From a virus (lineage: Duplodnaviria; Caudoviricetes): 47,108 nt of DNA. The stretch spans positions 1-47,108 of the IMG/VR virus record IMGVR_UViG_3300037467_000647; one strand, written 5' to 3'. How positions within the stretch are numbered: the stretch's first letter is position 1; each line of letters begins with the position of its first letter. The notes beneath the pieces are model-generated. The model was not told where the DNA came from. It searched no databases and saw only the letters and a program-made list of their open reading frames with translations. Positions 1 to 8,715 of this stretch are shown in pieces. Position numbers and translations under genes: made by a program.

Positions 1-127
1 TGAAGCGACCTTCATTTCAATTCTATCCGGCCGATTGGAAGAACAACTCCAAACTCCGCCGCTGCTCAGAAGCTGCGCGCGGTGCATGGGTAGATATTCT
101 TTGCCTCCTTCACGACTCTGACGAGTA
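1..127 (+). repeat. Terminal overlap, identical to 46982-47108 (circular assembly overlap)
   Basis: 127 identical bases at both ends; an ORF reads through the junction. Confidence 0.95.
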
Positions 128-1031
128 TGGTGTCTGCCGCTGGCCGTTGGCAGAACTGGCGCGTGCCGCTGGAGTTCCTCTAAAGCTCGCCAAAGAATTG
201 GCAGCAAAAGATGTTCTCAAAGGGGCGGACAAGAGCGCCGCCTCATACATTTACGTACCGCGCCATGCTGGTAAGGATGGCGACCCCGTGACGCTCGTGG
301 AATCCAGTGACGCCCCATGCTGGTATTGCAGTCGGTTCGTGCGGGATGAATGGGTGCGGCAGAGGCGCGGCCAAAGCACTCAATTTACGACCGATAACCA
401 ACCACCAAAGCAGACACCAAAGGCGGGCATTGGTGAGCGGCAAGGTGACGGCCCTACATCTTCTTCTACATCTACATCTACATCTACAACAAACACCAAC
501 CCCGCTGCGGGCGGTGGCTCCGCAGCGTTGCTTTCCATTGCAATGCGCAAAGGCGGCGTTCAGTCGCAACCCGCTGATCCGCGATTGATCGCCCTTGCCG
601 AACAAGGGGTTACTCCGGAAACCGTCGCAGCGGCGTGCGAGGAGGCCAAGCGATCGAAACCGAACGAAACGATCGGCATCGGCTATGTCGCAAAAATCCT
701 TGAGCGGTGGGCGAAAGATGCGGCCGACCTGAAAGCCAGGGGAGCCGCAGCGCCGCAGAAGCAGGGCGCATGGTGGGCGACCGACGCCACGATTCTTGCC
801 AAAGGCGCAGAACTCGGATTGCGCCCCGGCCTTGGCGAGTCGATGCCGACCTTCAAGGGCCGCATCCAGATCGCACTCGACAACGCCGGCAAGCCTCCCG
901 CCGCCCGTGCATCGCCTCCTGCCACTGTCATGGCTGCCGAGCCAAAACGGATAGAGGTTTTGGTGCCGCCTGAGCTGAAGGCGAAACGAAGCGAAGAACT
1001 GAAGGCTGCGATGAGGCCAAAAACAACATGA
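1..1031 (+). CDS. Phage replication initiator (O-like), remainder
   Basis: Open frame from base 3; Ser/Thr-rich linker; DnaD-like YVAKILERW motif; follows rusA. Confidence 0.75.
   Translation, partial: KRPSFQFYPADWKNNSKLRRCSEAARGAWVDILCLLHDSDEYGVCRWPLAELARAAGVPLKLAKELAAKDVLKGADKSAASYIYVPRHAGKDGDPVTLVESSDAPCWYCSRFVRDEWVRQRRGQSTQFTTDNQPPKQTPKAGIGERQGDGPTSSSTSTSTSTTNTNPAAGGGSAALLSIAMRKGGVQSQPADPRLIALAEQGVTPETVAAACEEAKRSKPNETIGIGYVAKILERWAKDAADLKARGAAAPQKQGAWWATDATILAKGAELGLRPGLGESMPTFKGRIQIALDNAGKPPAARASPPATVMAAEPKRIEVLVPPELKAKRSEELKAAMRPKTT
455..490 (+). repeat. Tandem TCTACA repeats inside the initiator gene (Ser/Thr linker, possible origin region)
   Basis: tctacatctacatctacatctaca. Confidence 0.5.
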
Positions 1032-1186
1032 CCATCTTCACCGATCCCCGCGCATTCAACATCCTAATCATTGTGATGTTCCTTGCCGCCTCGATTCGCT
1101 GGGCATGTGCAGGAGGTTGGATGCAGGCTGGTTACTGGCTGTCGGCTGCGGTGCTGAATGTGTTTGTAACGGCAATGGCGAAATGA
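1028..1186 (+). CDS. Small membrane protein (52 aa, MTIFTDPRAFNILIIVMFLAASIRW...)
   Basis: Read by hand; ATGA overlaps with both neighbours; two hydrophobic segments. Confidence 0.7.
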   Translation: MTIFTDPRAFNILIIVMFLAASIRWACAGGWMQAGYWLSAAVLNVFVTAMAK

Positions 1187-1425
1187 ATCTGTCGCCCGAC
1201 ATCGCGTGCCGTCAATGCCAGCTCGCGCTAGGAGGCAACGGGAACGGTTTTGACGAATGGTGTTTTGACTGCTGCATGCGGATGCTGAAGATGCTGCACT
1301 CGGACGCAGGAAGAGAAAGCTTTTTGGATCACATTGAGCGCATCACTGACAAAGCGCATGCAAAGCGCGTTCGAGATGCTTGGAAGGATTTTGTAGTGCA
1401 ACGCAGTTCAACAAAGGAGAAGTGA
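1183..1425 (+). CDS. Hypothetical protein with two CxxC motifs
   Basis: CRQC and CFDC motifs; coupled start. Confidence 0.6.
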   Translation: MNLSPDIACRQCQLALGGNGNGFDEWCFDCCMRMLKMLHSDAGRESFLDHIERITDKAHAKRVRDAWKDFVVQRSSTKEK

Positions 1426-1426
1426 A

Positions 1427-1834
1427 ATGAAAACAACGAGACGCATAGCCGCGATGATTTTTGGGGTGTTCTTGCTGGTCGCTATGTTCGGTGTCGCCGG
1501 CTGCGACAGTGATGCAAGCGTTGCATCTGCCAATCTTTCCAAAGCGGCCGACAACTTCGAGATCACCAGGCGAATCGTTTTTTACAACGGCGTCACCGGG
1601 GAATACATGCTCAGTATTGAGGGTCGGTGCTCACTCGGAAGTGCCACAGAAACTAAGGCTGTTGCAGTCACCTGCAAGACCGGGCCAAGCGAGTACAAGA
1701 AGCATTTCCTCGGACTTTCGGACAACGTGACTTATTTTGCGGAGCAAATCGCGTCTGCGTCTGTGAGTCAGTACCAGTACCGCGTTGTGTTCAAGCCGCT
1801 TTCGATTGTTCCCGATGTCGAGCTGCGCAAGTGA
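1427..1834 (+). CDS. Conserved phage lipoprotein
   Basis: Lipobox VAGC; SKAADNFEITRRIVFYNG motif; GGAG RBS. Confidence 0.8.
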   Translation: MKTTRRIAAMIFGVFLLVAMFGVAGCDSDASVASANLSKAADNFEITRRIVFYNGVTGEYMLSIEGRCSLGSATETKAVAVTCKTGPSEYKKHFLGLSDNVTYFAEQIASASVSQYQYRVVFKPLSIVPDVELRK

Positions 1835-1891
1835 GTGGGGTGCTCTTGCTCCTGTAAGCGCTTGGAAAAACTATGTTGAGGGAGGAAGGAA

Positions 1892-2077
1892 ATGAAAGCA
1901 GCAAAAGCAATTGCAGGGCTTTTGGCGTTGTTCGTAACGCTGCCAATTTGGTTTTTCTTGTTGCATCAAATTCTGGTTTCGGTGAACGCCTCTGAGCTGA
2001 TGTGGTTTCTGTATTGGATATACGTGCCGGTATCGATGTTGGTCGGCGCAATCGCGAAAATTGCCGGAGGGGATTGA
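1892..2077 (+). CDS. Small two-TM membrane protein
   Basis: Strong RBS; hydrophobic. Confidence 0.7.
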   Translation: MKAAKAIAGLLALFVTLPIWFFLLHQILVSVNASELMWFLYWIYVPVSMLVGAIAKIAGGD

Positions 2078-2080
2078 GTG

Positions 2081-2422
2081 ATGAACATCGCAACCACACG
2101 CAACCTAACCGATAGCGCCTTGGCTTATCTGGTGGCGCGACCAGGTGAGAAATTCGGCGTGCAGCAAATGGCTGACTTTTTCAGATGCCATGAAACCACG
2201 ATGCGCATCGCCCTGAATAAATTGGTCTGGAAAAAAGACATCCGGAGCGAGAGGGCGGGTAATGCAGTTTCGTACTGGTTCGAACAAGTAGCGAAACAGG
2301 CCAGAGCCGAGCCGCGCCGCTCCCCGATCACGCACAAGGTCTATGCACTGCCTGCGGTACTGGCTGAGCGGGTCAGGGAGATTCAATCGGATCGGGCTGC
2401 GTTTCCGAGTCGGCATATTTGA
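2081..2422 (+). CDS. Winged-helix DNA-binding protein (putative)
   Basis: VQQMADFFRCHETTMRIALNKL HTH-like pattern. Confidence 0.6.
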   Translation: MNIATTRNLTDSALAYLVARPGEKFGVQQMADFFRCHETTMRIALNKLVWKKDIRSERAGNAVSYWFEQVAKQARAEPRRSPITHKVYALPAVLAERVREIQSDRAAFPSRHI

Positions 2423-2431
2423 GGGGATGGC

Positions 2432-2620
2432 ATGGTTTGGATACTAATTGTGTTTTTCGGCTATAGGGGCGGCGTGGGTGTCGTTGAGTTTAATACCCGT
2501 GAAGCTTGTGAAAACGGAAGGCACGCAATTGAAAAAAACATAGATCCAAAATATGCGAGCGGCTTGGATTTGGGGAGCCTTATTTGTCTTCCGAAGGGCA
2601 AAAAAGCATATGGCGACTGA
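2432..2620 (+). CDS. Hypothetical small protein (EFNTREACE motif)
   Basis: GAGGGG RBS; common phage small-protein pattern. Confidence 0.6.
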   Translation: MVWILIVFFGYRGGVGVVEFNTREACENGRHAIEKNIDPKYASGLDLGSLICLPKGKKAYGD

Positions 2621-2753
2621 CGAAATCAACCTGTTCGCCCTGCACTTCGTCGGCGGCCGGCTGAACCCGGAGCCAAGCAGGGCGAGGGAGGCGAGATATT
2701 ACGGCGATCCGGCAAGGAATGTTCGGTTTGAAAACGAAAGAAGGGGAACGGTA

Positions 2754-3158
2754 ATGACGGGACACGAACTGCACTTGCACTGCGAAGCATGGCGCCAATG
2801 GTGTATTACGCGGCAGTATTTCATCGCGCCGGGAGCAAAGAATATCCTTGCGCGAATGCAGCCGGCCAAAGTCGGACAGCCTCCGGATGCCATCCTGTCT
2901 GATGACATGAGCTTCTTCAACATGGCGGTTCATGCGCTGGCGGACATGCAAGGCGAAGATCCGGAATGCTTTGTCAAGTTCTATTGGTTCCGCGAGAAGA
3001 ACATCAAGAGCATCGCGGCGCGCATGGGCATTCACCGTGACACGTTCTACGCGCGCAAGAATCGATTTGCGGAGAAAGCGTTTTCAATGGCCCAAAGTCT
3101 GAAGCGCGCGCATCTTGCTTCAGTTTCTGTGCCGGTCGATGCTGCTGAGATCGACTGA
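2754..3158 (+). CDS. Q-like late antiterminator/activator (alternative start 2610)
   Basis: Last gene before the late operon; C-terminal HTH IKSIAARMGIHRDTFY; AGGGG RBS. Confidence 0.7.
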   Translation: MTGHELHLHCEAWRQWCITRQYFIAPGAKNILARMQPAKVGQPPDAILSDDMSFFNMAVHALADMQGEDPECFVKFYWFREKNIKSIAARMGIHRDTFYARKNRFAEKAFSMAQSLKRAHLASVSVPVDAAEID

Positions 3159-3159
3159 G

Positions 3160-3208
3160 AGTGTCGGAGTTTATCCCTACAAAATAGTTGTGGATAGCCT
3201 CCGACACT
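3160..3208. promoter_or_regulatory. Imperfect inverted repeat after the Q-like gene, probable late-promoter regulator site
   Basis: AGTGTCGGAG..TATCC ... GGATA..CTCCGACACT. Confidence 0.5.
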
Positions 3209-3257
3209 TTCCCGTAAAATCGGCCTTAATTTGATAGTCTCAAAAACTGTCACCAAG

Positions 3258-3278
3258 GCCGCCTAGAGCGGCTTTTTG
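3258..3278 (+). terminator. Intrinsic terminator (tR'-like)
   Basis: GCCGC-CTAGA-GCGGC followed by a T run. Confidence 0.75.
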
Positions 3279-3294
3279 CATTTTGGAGTCCGCC

Positions 3295-3462
3295 ATGACC
3301 CAGCCAAGCAACGAAGAAATCCGCCGTCAGCTTGGCAGCATGCCCGTCGGCGAAAACGATTTATCCGAGTACGAATTCAAGATCACGCACCGAGCGCCGG
3401 CAGAGACCAAGCCGAACGAGTCGGACTATGACCCGGATGCTTGGGTGGCGCTGCTGAAGTAA
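3295..3462 (+). CDS. Hypothetical 55-aa protein (MTQPSNEEIRRQLG...)
   Basis: Read by hand; GGAG RBS. Confidence 0.6.
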   Translation: MTQPSNEEIRRQLGSMPVGENDLSEYEFKITHRAPAETKPNESDYDPDAWVALLK

Positions 3463-3495
3463 TTCAAGAACTCTCCTCCCATGTTTATGGGATTC

Positions 3496-3526
3496 GCCCG
3501 CATCGAAGGATAGCGGGCTTTTTTAT
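3496..3526 (+). terminator. Intrinsic terminator
   Basis: GCCCGC...GCGGGC followed by TTTTTT. Confidence 0.7.
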
Positions 3527-3529
3527 TTG

Positions 3530-3736
3530 CTACTTGGTGCGATCCAAAATGTAATTGAGGATTTCCCCGTCAACTGCCTTGTAGCACTGACGGTAAAGCG
3601 TAAGGTGGTAATCACGTGTGCGCTCGACATCCTTTTCATAACTCATGATGCGGTGCATAAGGTCATAGGCCACTCGCGCCTTGGAGTCGCTTTGAACAGA
3701 AACTGGGCCGGAAACGGAAACGCTGCTATCTGCCAT
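3530..3736 (-). CDS. Reverse-strand moron, hypothetical 68-aa protein
   Basis: GAGGT RBS before the ATG at 3736; opposite to the late operon. Confidence 0.65.
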   Translation of the reverse strand: MADSSVSVSGPVSVQSDSKARVAYDLMHRIMSYEKDVERTRDYHLTLYRQCYKAVDGEILNYILDRTK

Positions 3737-3793
3737 GGTTTTACCTCTTGTTGATCGTGGGAAGGTCATCGTAGCAGAACTGTTGGTTACAAG

Positions 3794-4114
3794 ATGAAAC
3801 TTCAAACACTAAAGCCAAGAGTGCAAGCGGCAAGCTTGAACAGGGTCAAGACACTCGACACCAAAGCAGGCACAACGGAGATGGAGCGCGGGCGGGCATG
3901 GATGGCAAAGCGTCATCGTGTCGCATTGGCCTACAACTACCGCTGCGCCAAGTGCGGCAAGGCATGGGTATCAAGCCGAGATCACATTGACCACATCATC
4001 CCGCGCGAACAGGGTGGCAGTAACGACGAGTCGAACCTGCAGCCGCTGTGTGATGAGCCATGTCATGCGGAGAAGACCGCGGCAGAGGCAAGGGTTAGGG
4101 CGAGAGGATATTAG
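3794..4114 (+). CDS. Terminase-associated HNH endonuclease (HK97 gp74-like)
   Basis: CxxC, DHIIP..GG..D..NLQPLC..CH; just upstream of cos/terS. Confidence 0.9.
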   Translation: MKLQTLKPRVQAASLNRVKTLDTKAGTTEMERGRAWMAKRHRVALAYNYRCAKCGKAWVSSRDHIDHIIPREQGGSNDESNLQPLCDEPCHAEKTAAEARVRARGY

Positions 4115-4199
4115 TCGATAGGAGCGGCGCAGTTCTGGTTGATGCGGAAAGGTGCGCATGTCCCTGGTCGCCTCTCCTGAGGCCTGTATGGCCGGCTGG

Positions 4200-4300
4200 T
4201 GGCATCGACGGGCAGGGGGGGGGCGTCAATCTCTGGGGCCTTTTGGACGGGAAACCGACTGGTATCTCACGCACAGATTATTCCCCACTATTTCAACAGG
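4200..4300. other. Probable cos packaging region
   Basis: G run then TCAATCTCTG ... CTCACGCACAGA between HNH and terS, the usual place in cos phages; exact cut site not determined. Confidence 0.5.
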
Positions 4301-4309
4301 ATTCAGCAA

Positions 4310-4642
4310 ATGGCAGGCGTCAAAGGAAAGAGCGGAGGTCCGCGAAAGAACGCAGGCGGCGCTCGTCCAGGCGCTGGCCGGAAGCCGAAAGAGAAAGCAC
4401 CGCCACCACTAATCGAGGGCAATGACACATTGAGGCTGCTGCAGGACATCGCATTCGGCCGCATCCCTGATGCCACGAACATTCAGGTTCGGGCTGCCAT
4501 CGCTGCGGTGCAGTACACGCACACGAAGAAGGGCGACGGCGGCAAGAAGGAAGAGAAAGACGCGGCGGCAAAGAAGGTTGCTGGCCGATTCACTACCGCT
4601 GCGCCGCCGAAGTTGGTAGCTGCTGGCGGTAAAAAGGTTTGA
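4310..4642 (+). CDS. terS: Terminase small subunit
   Basis: GGARPGAGRKPK N-terminus; position. Confidence 0.8.
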   Translation: MAGVKGKSGGPRKNAGGARPGAGRKPKEKAPPPLIEGNDTLRLLQDIAFGRIPDATNIQVRAAIAAVQYTHTKKGDGGKKEEKDAAAKKVAGRFTTAAPPKLVAAGGKKV

Positions 4643-4644
4643 CG

Positions 4645-4818
4645 ATGAATGAAGTCGCCGAAGCAATTGACACGCTGGAAAACCTGATCGCTGCGCTCGG
4701 CATGCCAATTCCCGATCGAATTCATGTGGATGCGATGCGTGGTCAGTTGCCGCAGGTGGTGGATCAAATCCGCAGAGGGTATTTGTCCGCTGGCGGCGAG
4801 GACGTTTGGGGTAGCTGA
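4645..4818 (+). CDS. Hypothetical 57-aa protein between terS and terL
   Basis: Read by hand; TGA overlaps the terL ATG (TGATG). Confidence 0.6.
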   Translation: MNEVAEAIDTLENLIAALGMPIPDRIHVDAMRGQLPQVVDQIRRGYLSAGGEDVWGS

Positions 4819-6488
4819 TGGAATGGAGCACGGCCTGCATCGATTGGGAAAGCAGGCTGATTGAGGGCAGATCCATCATTCCGGCCCCGATCTTCCCCGA
4901 TCAAGCAGAGCAGGCGCTGGCGATCTTCAAGGAATTGCGGGTGGTGGACCTGCCGGGCAAGCCGACATTCGGCGAATGCTCTGAGCAGTTTGTGTTCGAC
5001 TATGTCTCAGCGATCTTCGGTGCCTACGACGCGGATACGGGCAAGCAGCTGATCCGCGAGTATGGGCTGCTCATCAGCAAGAAGAACACGAAATCGACCA
5101 TCGCAGCCGGGATTATGCTAACGGCGGTCATTCTGTGCTGGCGAGAGGATGAGGAACATCTGATCCTTGCGCCGACCAAGGAAGTTGCGGACAACTCGTT
5201 TAAGCCGGCCGCTGGAATGATTCGGGCGGACGATGAACTGTCCGCGCTGTTCCATGTGCAGGATCACATTCGAACCATCACGCACAGGGTAACGAAGGCC
5301 AGCCTTAAGGTGGTGGCCGCGGACACGGATACCGTATCGGGCAAGAAGTCAGGCCGAATCTTGGTCGATGAGCTTTGGCTGTTTGGCAAGCAGTCGAAGG
5401 CCGAGGCCATGTTCATGGAGGCGACCGGCGGGCAGGTATCGCGGGAAGAGGGGTGGGTGATCTACCTCACTACCCAGTCTGACGAGCCGCCGGCAGGGGT
5501 ATTCAAAGAAAAACTGAAGTACTGGCGCGATGTGCGAGACGGGAAGATCCATGACCCGAAAACGCTGCCAGTCTTGTACGAGTTTCCGTCGAAGATGGTT
5601 CAGGCGAAAGCCTACCTAAAGGCCGAGAACTTCTACATCACGAACCCAAATATCGGACGCTCTGTTAGTGCTGAATGGCTGAAGGACAACCTCCGCAAGA
5701 ACCAGACGAAGCAGGACGGACCGTTTCAGCAATTCCTTGCGAAGCACCTGAACGTCGAAATCGGCCTGAACCTTCGCTCCGACCGCTGGGCGGGGGCAGA
5801 TTTTTGGGAAGCAGCAGGCTTCGAAGCAGTCACGTTCGACTACTTGCTCGCCCATAGCGAAGTGATTGTTATCGGCATTGACGGCGGCGGTCTGGATGAC
5901 TTGCTCGGCCTTGCATTGGTCGGGAGGCATCGCGAAACGGGGCAGTGGCTCACTTGGACGCACGCATGGGCACACAAGATTGTGCTGGAGCGCCGCAAAG
6001 AGATCGCGCCGTTGCTGCTCGATTTCAAGAAACAGGGCGACTTGACGATCGTAGAGCGTCCGGGTGATGACGTGCAAGAGGTCGCCGACATCATCTGCAA
6101 GGTACGTGATACCGGCCTGCTGCCTGACGAAAAAAGCATAGGCGTGGACGCTGCCGGCATTGGCGACATCGTTGACGAGCTGACGACCGAAGATCGTGGC
6201 ATCACGATGGAGCAGATTATCGCGATCTCGCAGGGTTATCGGCTCAATGGCGCCATCAAGACGACGGAGCGCAAGGTCGCCGGCGGAGAAATGGTGCATG
6301 GCGGGCGCCCGATGATGGCTTGGTGCGTCGGAAATGCCCGCGTCGAGGACAAGGGCAACGCCATTCTCATCACGAAACAAGCGTCCGGCAAGGCAAAAAT
6401 TGACCCCTTGATGGCGGTATTCAACGCTGTTTCGTTGATGGCGCTGAATCCTGCCGGGCAAGGCAAATCATTTTGGGAATCGACATGA
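4818..6488 (+). CDS. terL: Terminase large subunit
   Basis: Walker A variant ISKKNTKST, Walker B ILVDE, nuclease GIDGG and KIDP motifs. Confidence 0.96.
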   Translation: MEWSTACIDWESRLIEGRSIIPAPIFPDQAEQALAIFKELRVVDLPGKPTFGECSEQFVFDYVSAIFGAYDADTGKQLIREYGLLISKKNTKSTIAAGIMLTAVILCWREDEEHLILAPTKEVADNSFKPAAGMIRADDELSALFHVQDHIRTITHRVTKASLKVVAADTDTVSGKKSGRILVDELWLFGKQSKAEAMFMEATGGQVSREEGWVIYLTTQSDEPPAGVFKEKLKYWRDVRDGKIHDPKTLPVLYEFPSKMVQAKAYLKAENFYITNPNIGRSVSAEWLKDNLRKNQTKQDGPFQQFLAKHLNVEIGLNLRSDRWAGADFWEAAGFEAVTFDYLLAHSEVIVIGIDGGGLDDLLGLALVGRHRETGQWLTWTHAWAHKIVLERRKEIAPLLLDFKKQGDLTIVERPGDDVQEVADIICKVRDTGLLPDEKSIGVDAAGIGDIVDELTTEDRGITMEQIIAISQGYRLNGAIKTTERKVAGGEMVHGGRPMMAWCVGNARVEDKGNAILITKQASGKAKIDPLMAVFNAVSLMALNPAGQGKSFWEST

Positions 6489-6673
6489 GCATTACAGAAA
6501 AACTGCAAACCGCTCGCTCGGTCGCGGCCTCCTGGCTGCCTGATGCATTGATGATTGCTGGCGCAGCTGCAATCTCTTGTGGGGTTGGTATGGTTTCTGT
6601 TCCGGCCGGGTGGGTCGTTGCGGGCGCGTTTGCGATTGCTGCTGGCTGGCTGACGGCGCGAGGCGGTAAGTAA
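6485..6673 (+). CDS. Small two-TM protein preceding portal
   Basis: Coupled on both sides; hydrophobic; common at this position. Confidence 0.7.
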   Translation: MSITEKLQTARSVAASWLPDALMIAGAAAISCGVGMVSVPAGWVVAGAFAIAAGWLTARGGK

Positions 6674-7890
6674 TGGGGTTTCTCGCGCGCGCAGTAGCTG
6701 AGCAGAAGTCGGGCGATCCGCTTGCAATATGGGCGGAGATGCTGCGCGCCAACCGTTCGTCCAAGGCTGGGCAGTCGATCACGCTCGAAACCGCGCTGAA
6801 GGTGGCGACGCTATTTGCATGCCTGAAGGTGTTGTCGCAGGGCGTTGCACAGGTGCCGTTCAAACTGTTTCAAGAGAGTGAAATAAACGGGCTGTCGAAC
6901 ATCGCGCCGGCGCGAAAGCATCAGATTTACGACCTGATTACCGCCAAGCCCAACGACTGGACAACCTCTTTTGAGTTCCGTGAGACGTTGACAATTCACG
7001 CGGCGATGGGTAATGCGTATGCGTTCATCAATCGAACCATCAACGGCATCTCCGAGCTGATTCTGCTGAATCCGGGGCGCGTGAAAAAGAAGCAGTTGAA
7101 AGACTACAGCATCACCTATGACGTTACTGGCGATAGCGGCGCAGTGCAGACATTTCCTGCAGAGGCGATCTGGCACGTAAAAGGGCCGTCATGGGATGGC
7201 CTTGTCGGAATGGATCTGATGAATGTAGCGCGTGAAGCGCTGGGTTTAGCGATCGCTACCGAAGAAACGCACGCAAAACTGCACGCAAAGGGCGTGCAAA
7301 CGACCGGAACATATACGGTCGAGGGAAAGCTAAACGCGCAGCAATACAAAGACCTGAAGGCATGGATTCTGGCGGAAATGGCGGGCGCTGACAATGCCGG
7401 CGCGCCAATGATCTTGGACAGTGGGGCGAAATGGATCTCTGGCGCGATGACAGGCGTCGACGCGCAGCACCTTGAGACGCGCAAGTATCAGATCGAGGAA
7501 GTATGCCGATTTACAGGCGTGTCGCCGTTCATGGTTTTCTACAGCGACAAGGCACCCACATACGCAAGCGCTGAGCAGTTCCAAATTCAGCACGTAGTGC
7601 ATACGCTGGCGCCGTGGTACGCGCGCATTGAGCAATCGGCAGACGCCAATTTACTCACAAAAAACGAACGCGCCAAGGGATTCTATTTCAAGTTCATGGC
7701 CGCCGGCCTCCTGCGCGGCGCATCGAAAGACCGCGCGGAATATTACGCAAAAGCGCTTGGCTCAGGCGGTGCGCAAGGATGGATGACGCCAGATGAAGTG
7801 CGCGCTCTTGAGGAGTTGAATCCGATGGGCGGGTCTGCAGGCATGCTGCCGGCGCCATCCAATAAGCCGGCTCCGACCGCAACACCCTGA
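6673..7890 (+). CDS. Portal protein, HK97 family
   Basis: GNAYA, DAQHLETRK, TPDEVRALEEL motifs; position. Confidence 0.95.
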   Translation: MGFLARAVAEQKSGDPLAIWAEMLRANRSSKAGQSITLETALKVATLFACLKVLSQGVAQVPFKLFQESEINGLSNIAPARKHQIYDLITAKPNDWTTSFEFRETLTIHAAMGNAYAFINRTINGISELILLNPGRVKKKQLKDYSITYDVTGDSGAVQTFPAEAIWHVKGPSWDGLVGMDLMNVAREALGLAIATEETHAKLHAKGVQTTGTYTVEGKLNAQQYKDLKAWILAEMAGADNAGAPMILDSGAKWISGAMTGVDAQHLETRKYQIEEVCRFTGVSPFMVFYSDKAPTYASAEQFQIQHVVHTLAPWYARIEQSADANLLTKNERAKGFYFKFMAAGLLRGASKDRAEYYAKALGSGGAQGWMTPDEVRALEELNPMGGSAGMLPAPSNKPAPTATP

Positions 7891-7901
7891 AAAGGCATGA
7901 A

Positions 7902-8654
7902 ATGACGCACTCAAACCACCTAAAGACTCTCTCAAAAAGCCCTAATGAGCTGATCGTAGGAAACTACATGGTGCTTTTCGGCGGACATGATCTTGTCGGA
8001 GAATATTTTACGAAAAGCACTGTTTTCGACAGCAATTACACCGATTTGGGCTTGCTCTACGTCGATTTCGAGCATGGGATGGATCCCGATGGCATCGGAA
8101 ATGACGACAGTAATGTGTTAGGTGTTGTGGATTGGAAGTCCTCTAAGGTGGATGACAAGGGGATTTTCGTGCATCGCGTGCTGAATCGCCGCGCGAAGTA
8201 CATCGATTTCCTTTCGGAGTTGATTGATGCGGGCGTGATTGGCAACTCAAGCGAGGCTGTGCGCGGCAAAACTGCGAAAAAGCCGAATGGAGAGATTGTG
8301 CATTGGCCGCTTAAGCGCGACACGATGACATTGACTCCAATGGAGCCCCGCATGATCTCTGGCAACGTGCTGGAGGCAGCGAAATCCCTTGCCGCAATGT
8401 TCCCGCATAGCAAAGCGCTTGCCGCACTCACTGGCTCTGAAATCGTTGAGCCCGATGCAGCAATAAAGACAGTTGAATCCCTAACAAATTTACGCGATGC
8501 AGAGAAATTCCTGAGAGATTCAGGCGTTTCTCGCACCGTTGCCGTGGCATTCATGTCGCGCGTAAAAAGTCTCGGACAGAGTGATTCTGATGGAGACGAA
8601 ATGCAGCAAATCGCCAAGGCGTTCCAGCGCCGAGGCGCGGTATTCGCCGCATAA
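7902..8654 (+). CDS. Prohead maturation protease
   Basis: Between portal and capsid; DFEH His and SS nucleophile region, TLTPMEPR motif. Confidence 0.75.
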   Translation: MTHSNHLKTLSKSPNELIVGNYMVLFGGHDLVGEYFTKSTVFDSNYTDLGLLYVDFEHGMDPDGIGNDDSNVLGVVDWKSSKVDDKGIFVHRVLNRRAKYIDFLSELIDAGVIGNSSEAVRGKTAKKPNGEIVHWPLKRDTMTLTPMEPRMISGNVLEAAKSLAAMFPHSKALAALTGSEIVEPDAAIKTVESLTNLRDAEKFLRDSGVSRTVAVAFMSRVKSLGQSDSDGDEMQQIAKAFQRRGAVFAA

Positions 8655-8677
8655 GCGAACCATCAATCACCAAGCAA

Positions 8678-8698
8678 GCCGCCTAGAGCGGCTTTTTT
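8678..8698 (+). terminator. Terminator-like hairpin before the capsid gene
   Basis: GCCGCCTAGAGCGGC followed by T6. Confidence 0.65.
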
Positions 8699-8715
8699 AC
8701 GTCCAAAGGAAAATC

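Noticed and set aside
5616-6461. Long antisense ORFs over terL and other structural genes (also 30711..31508 over early genes)
   Set aside because: Shadow ORFs expected in GC-rich coding DNA; no motifs or RBS
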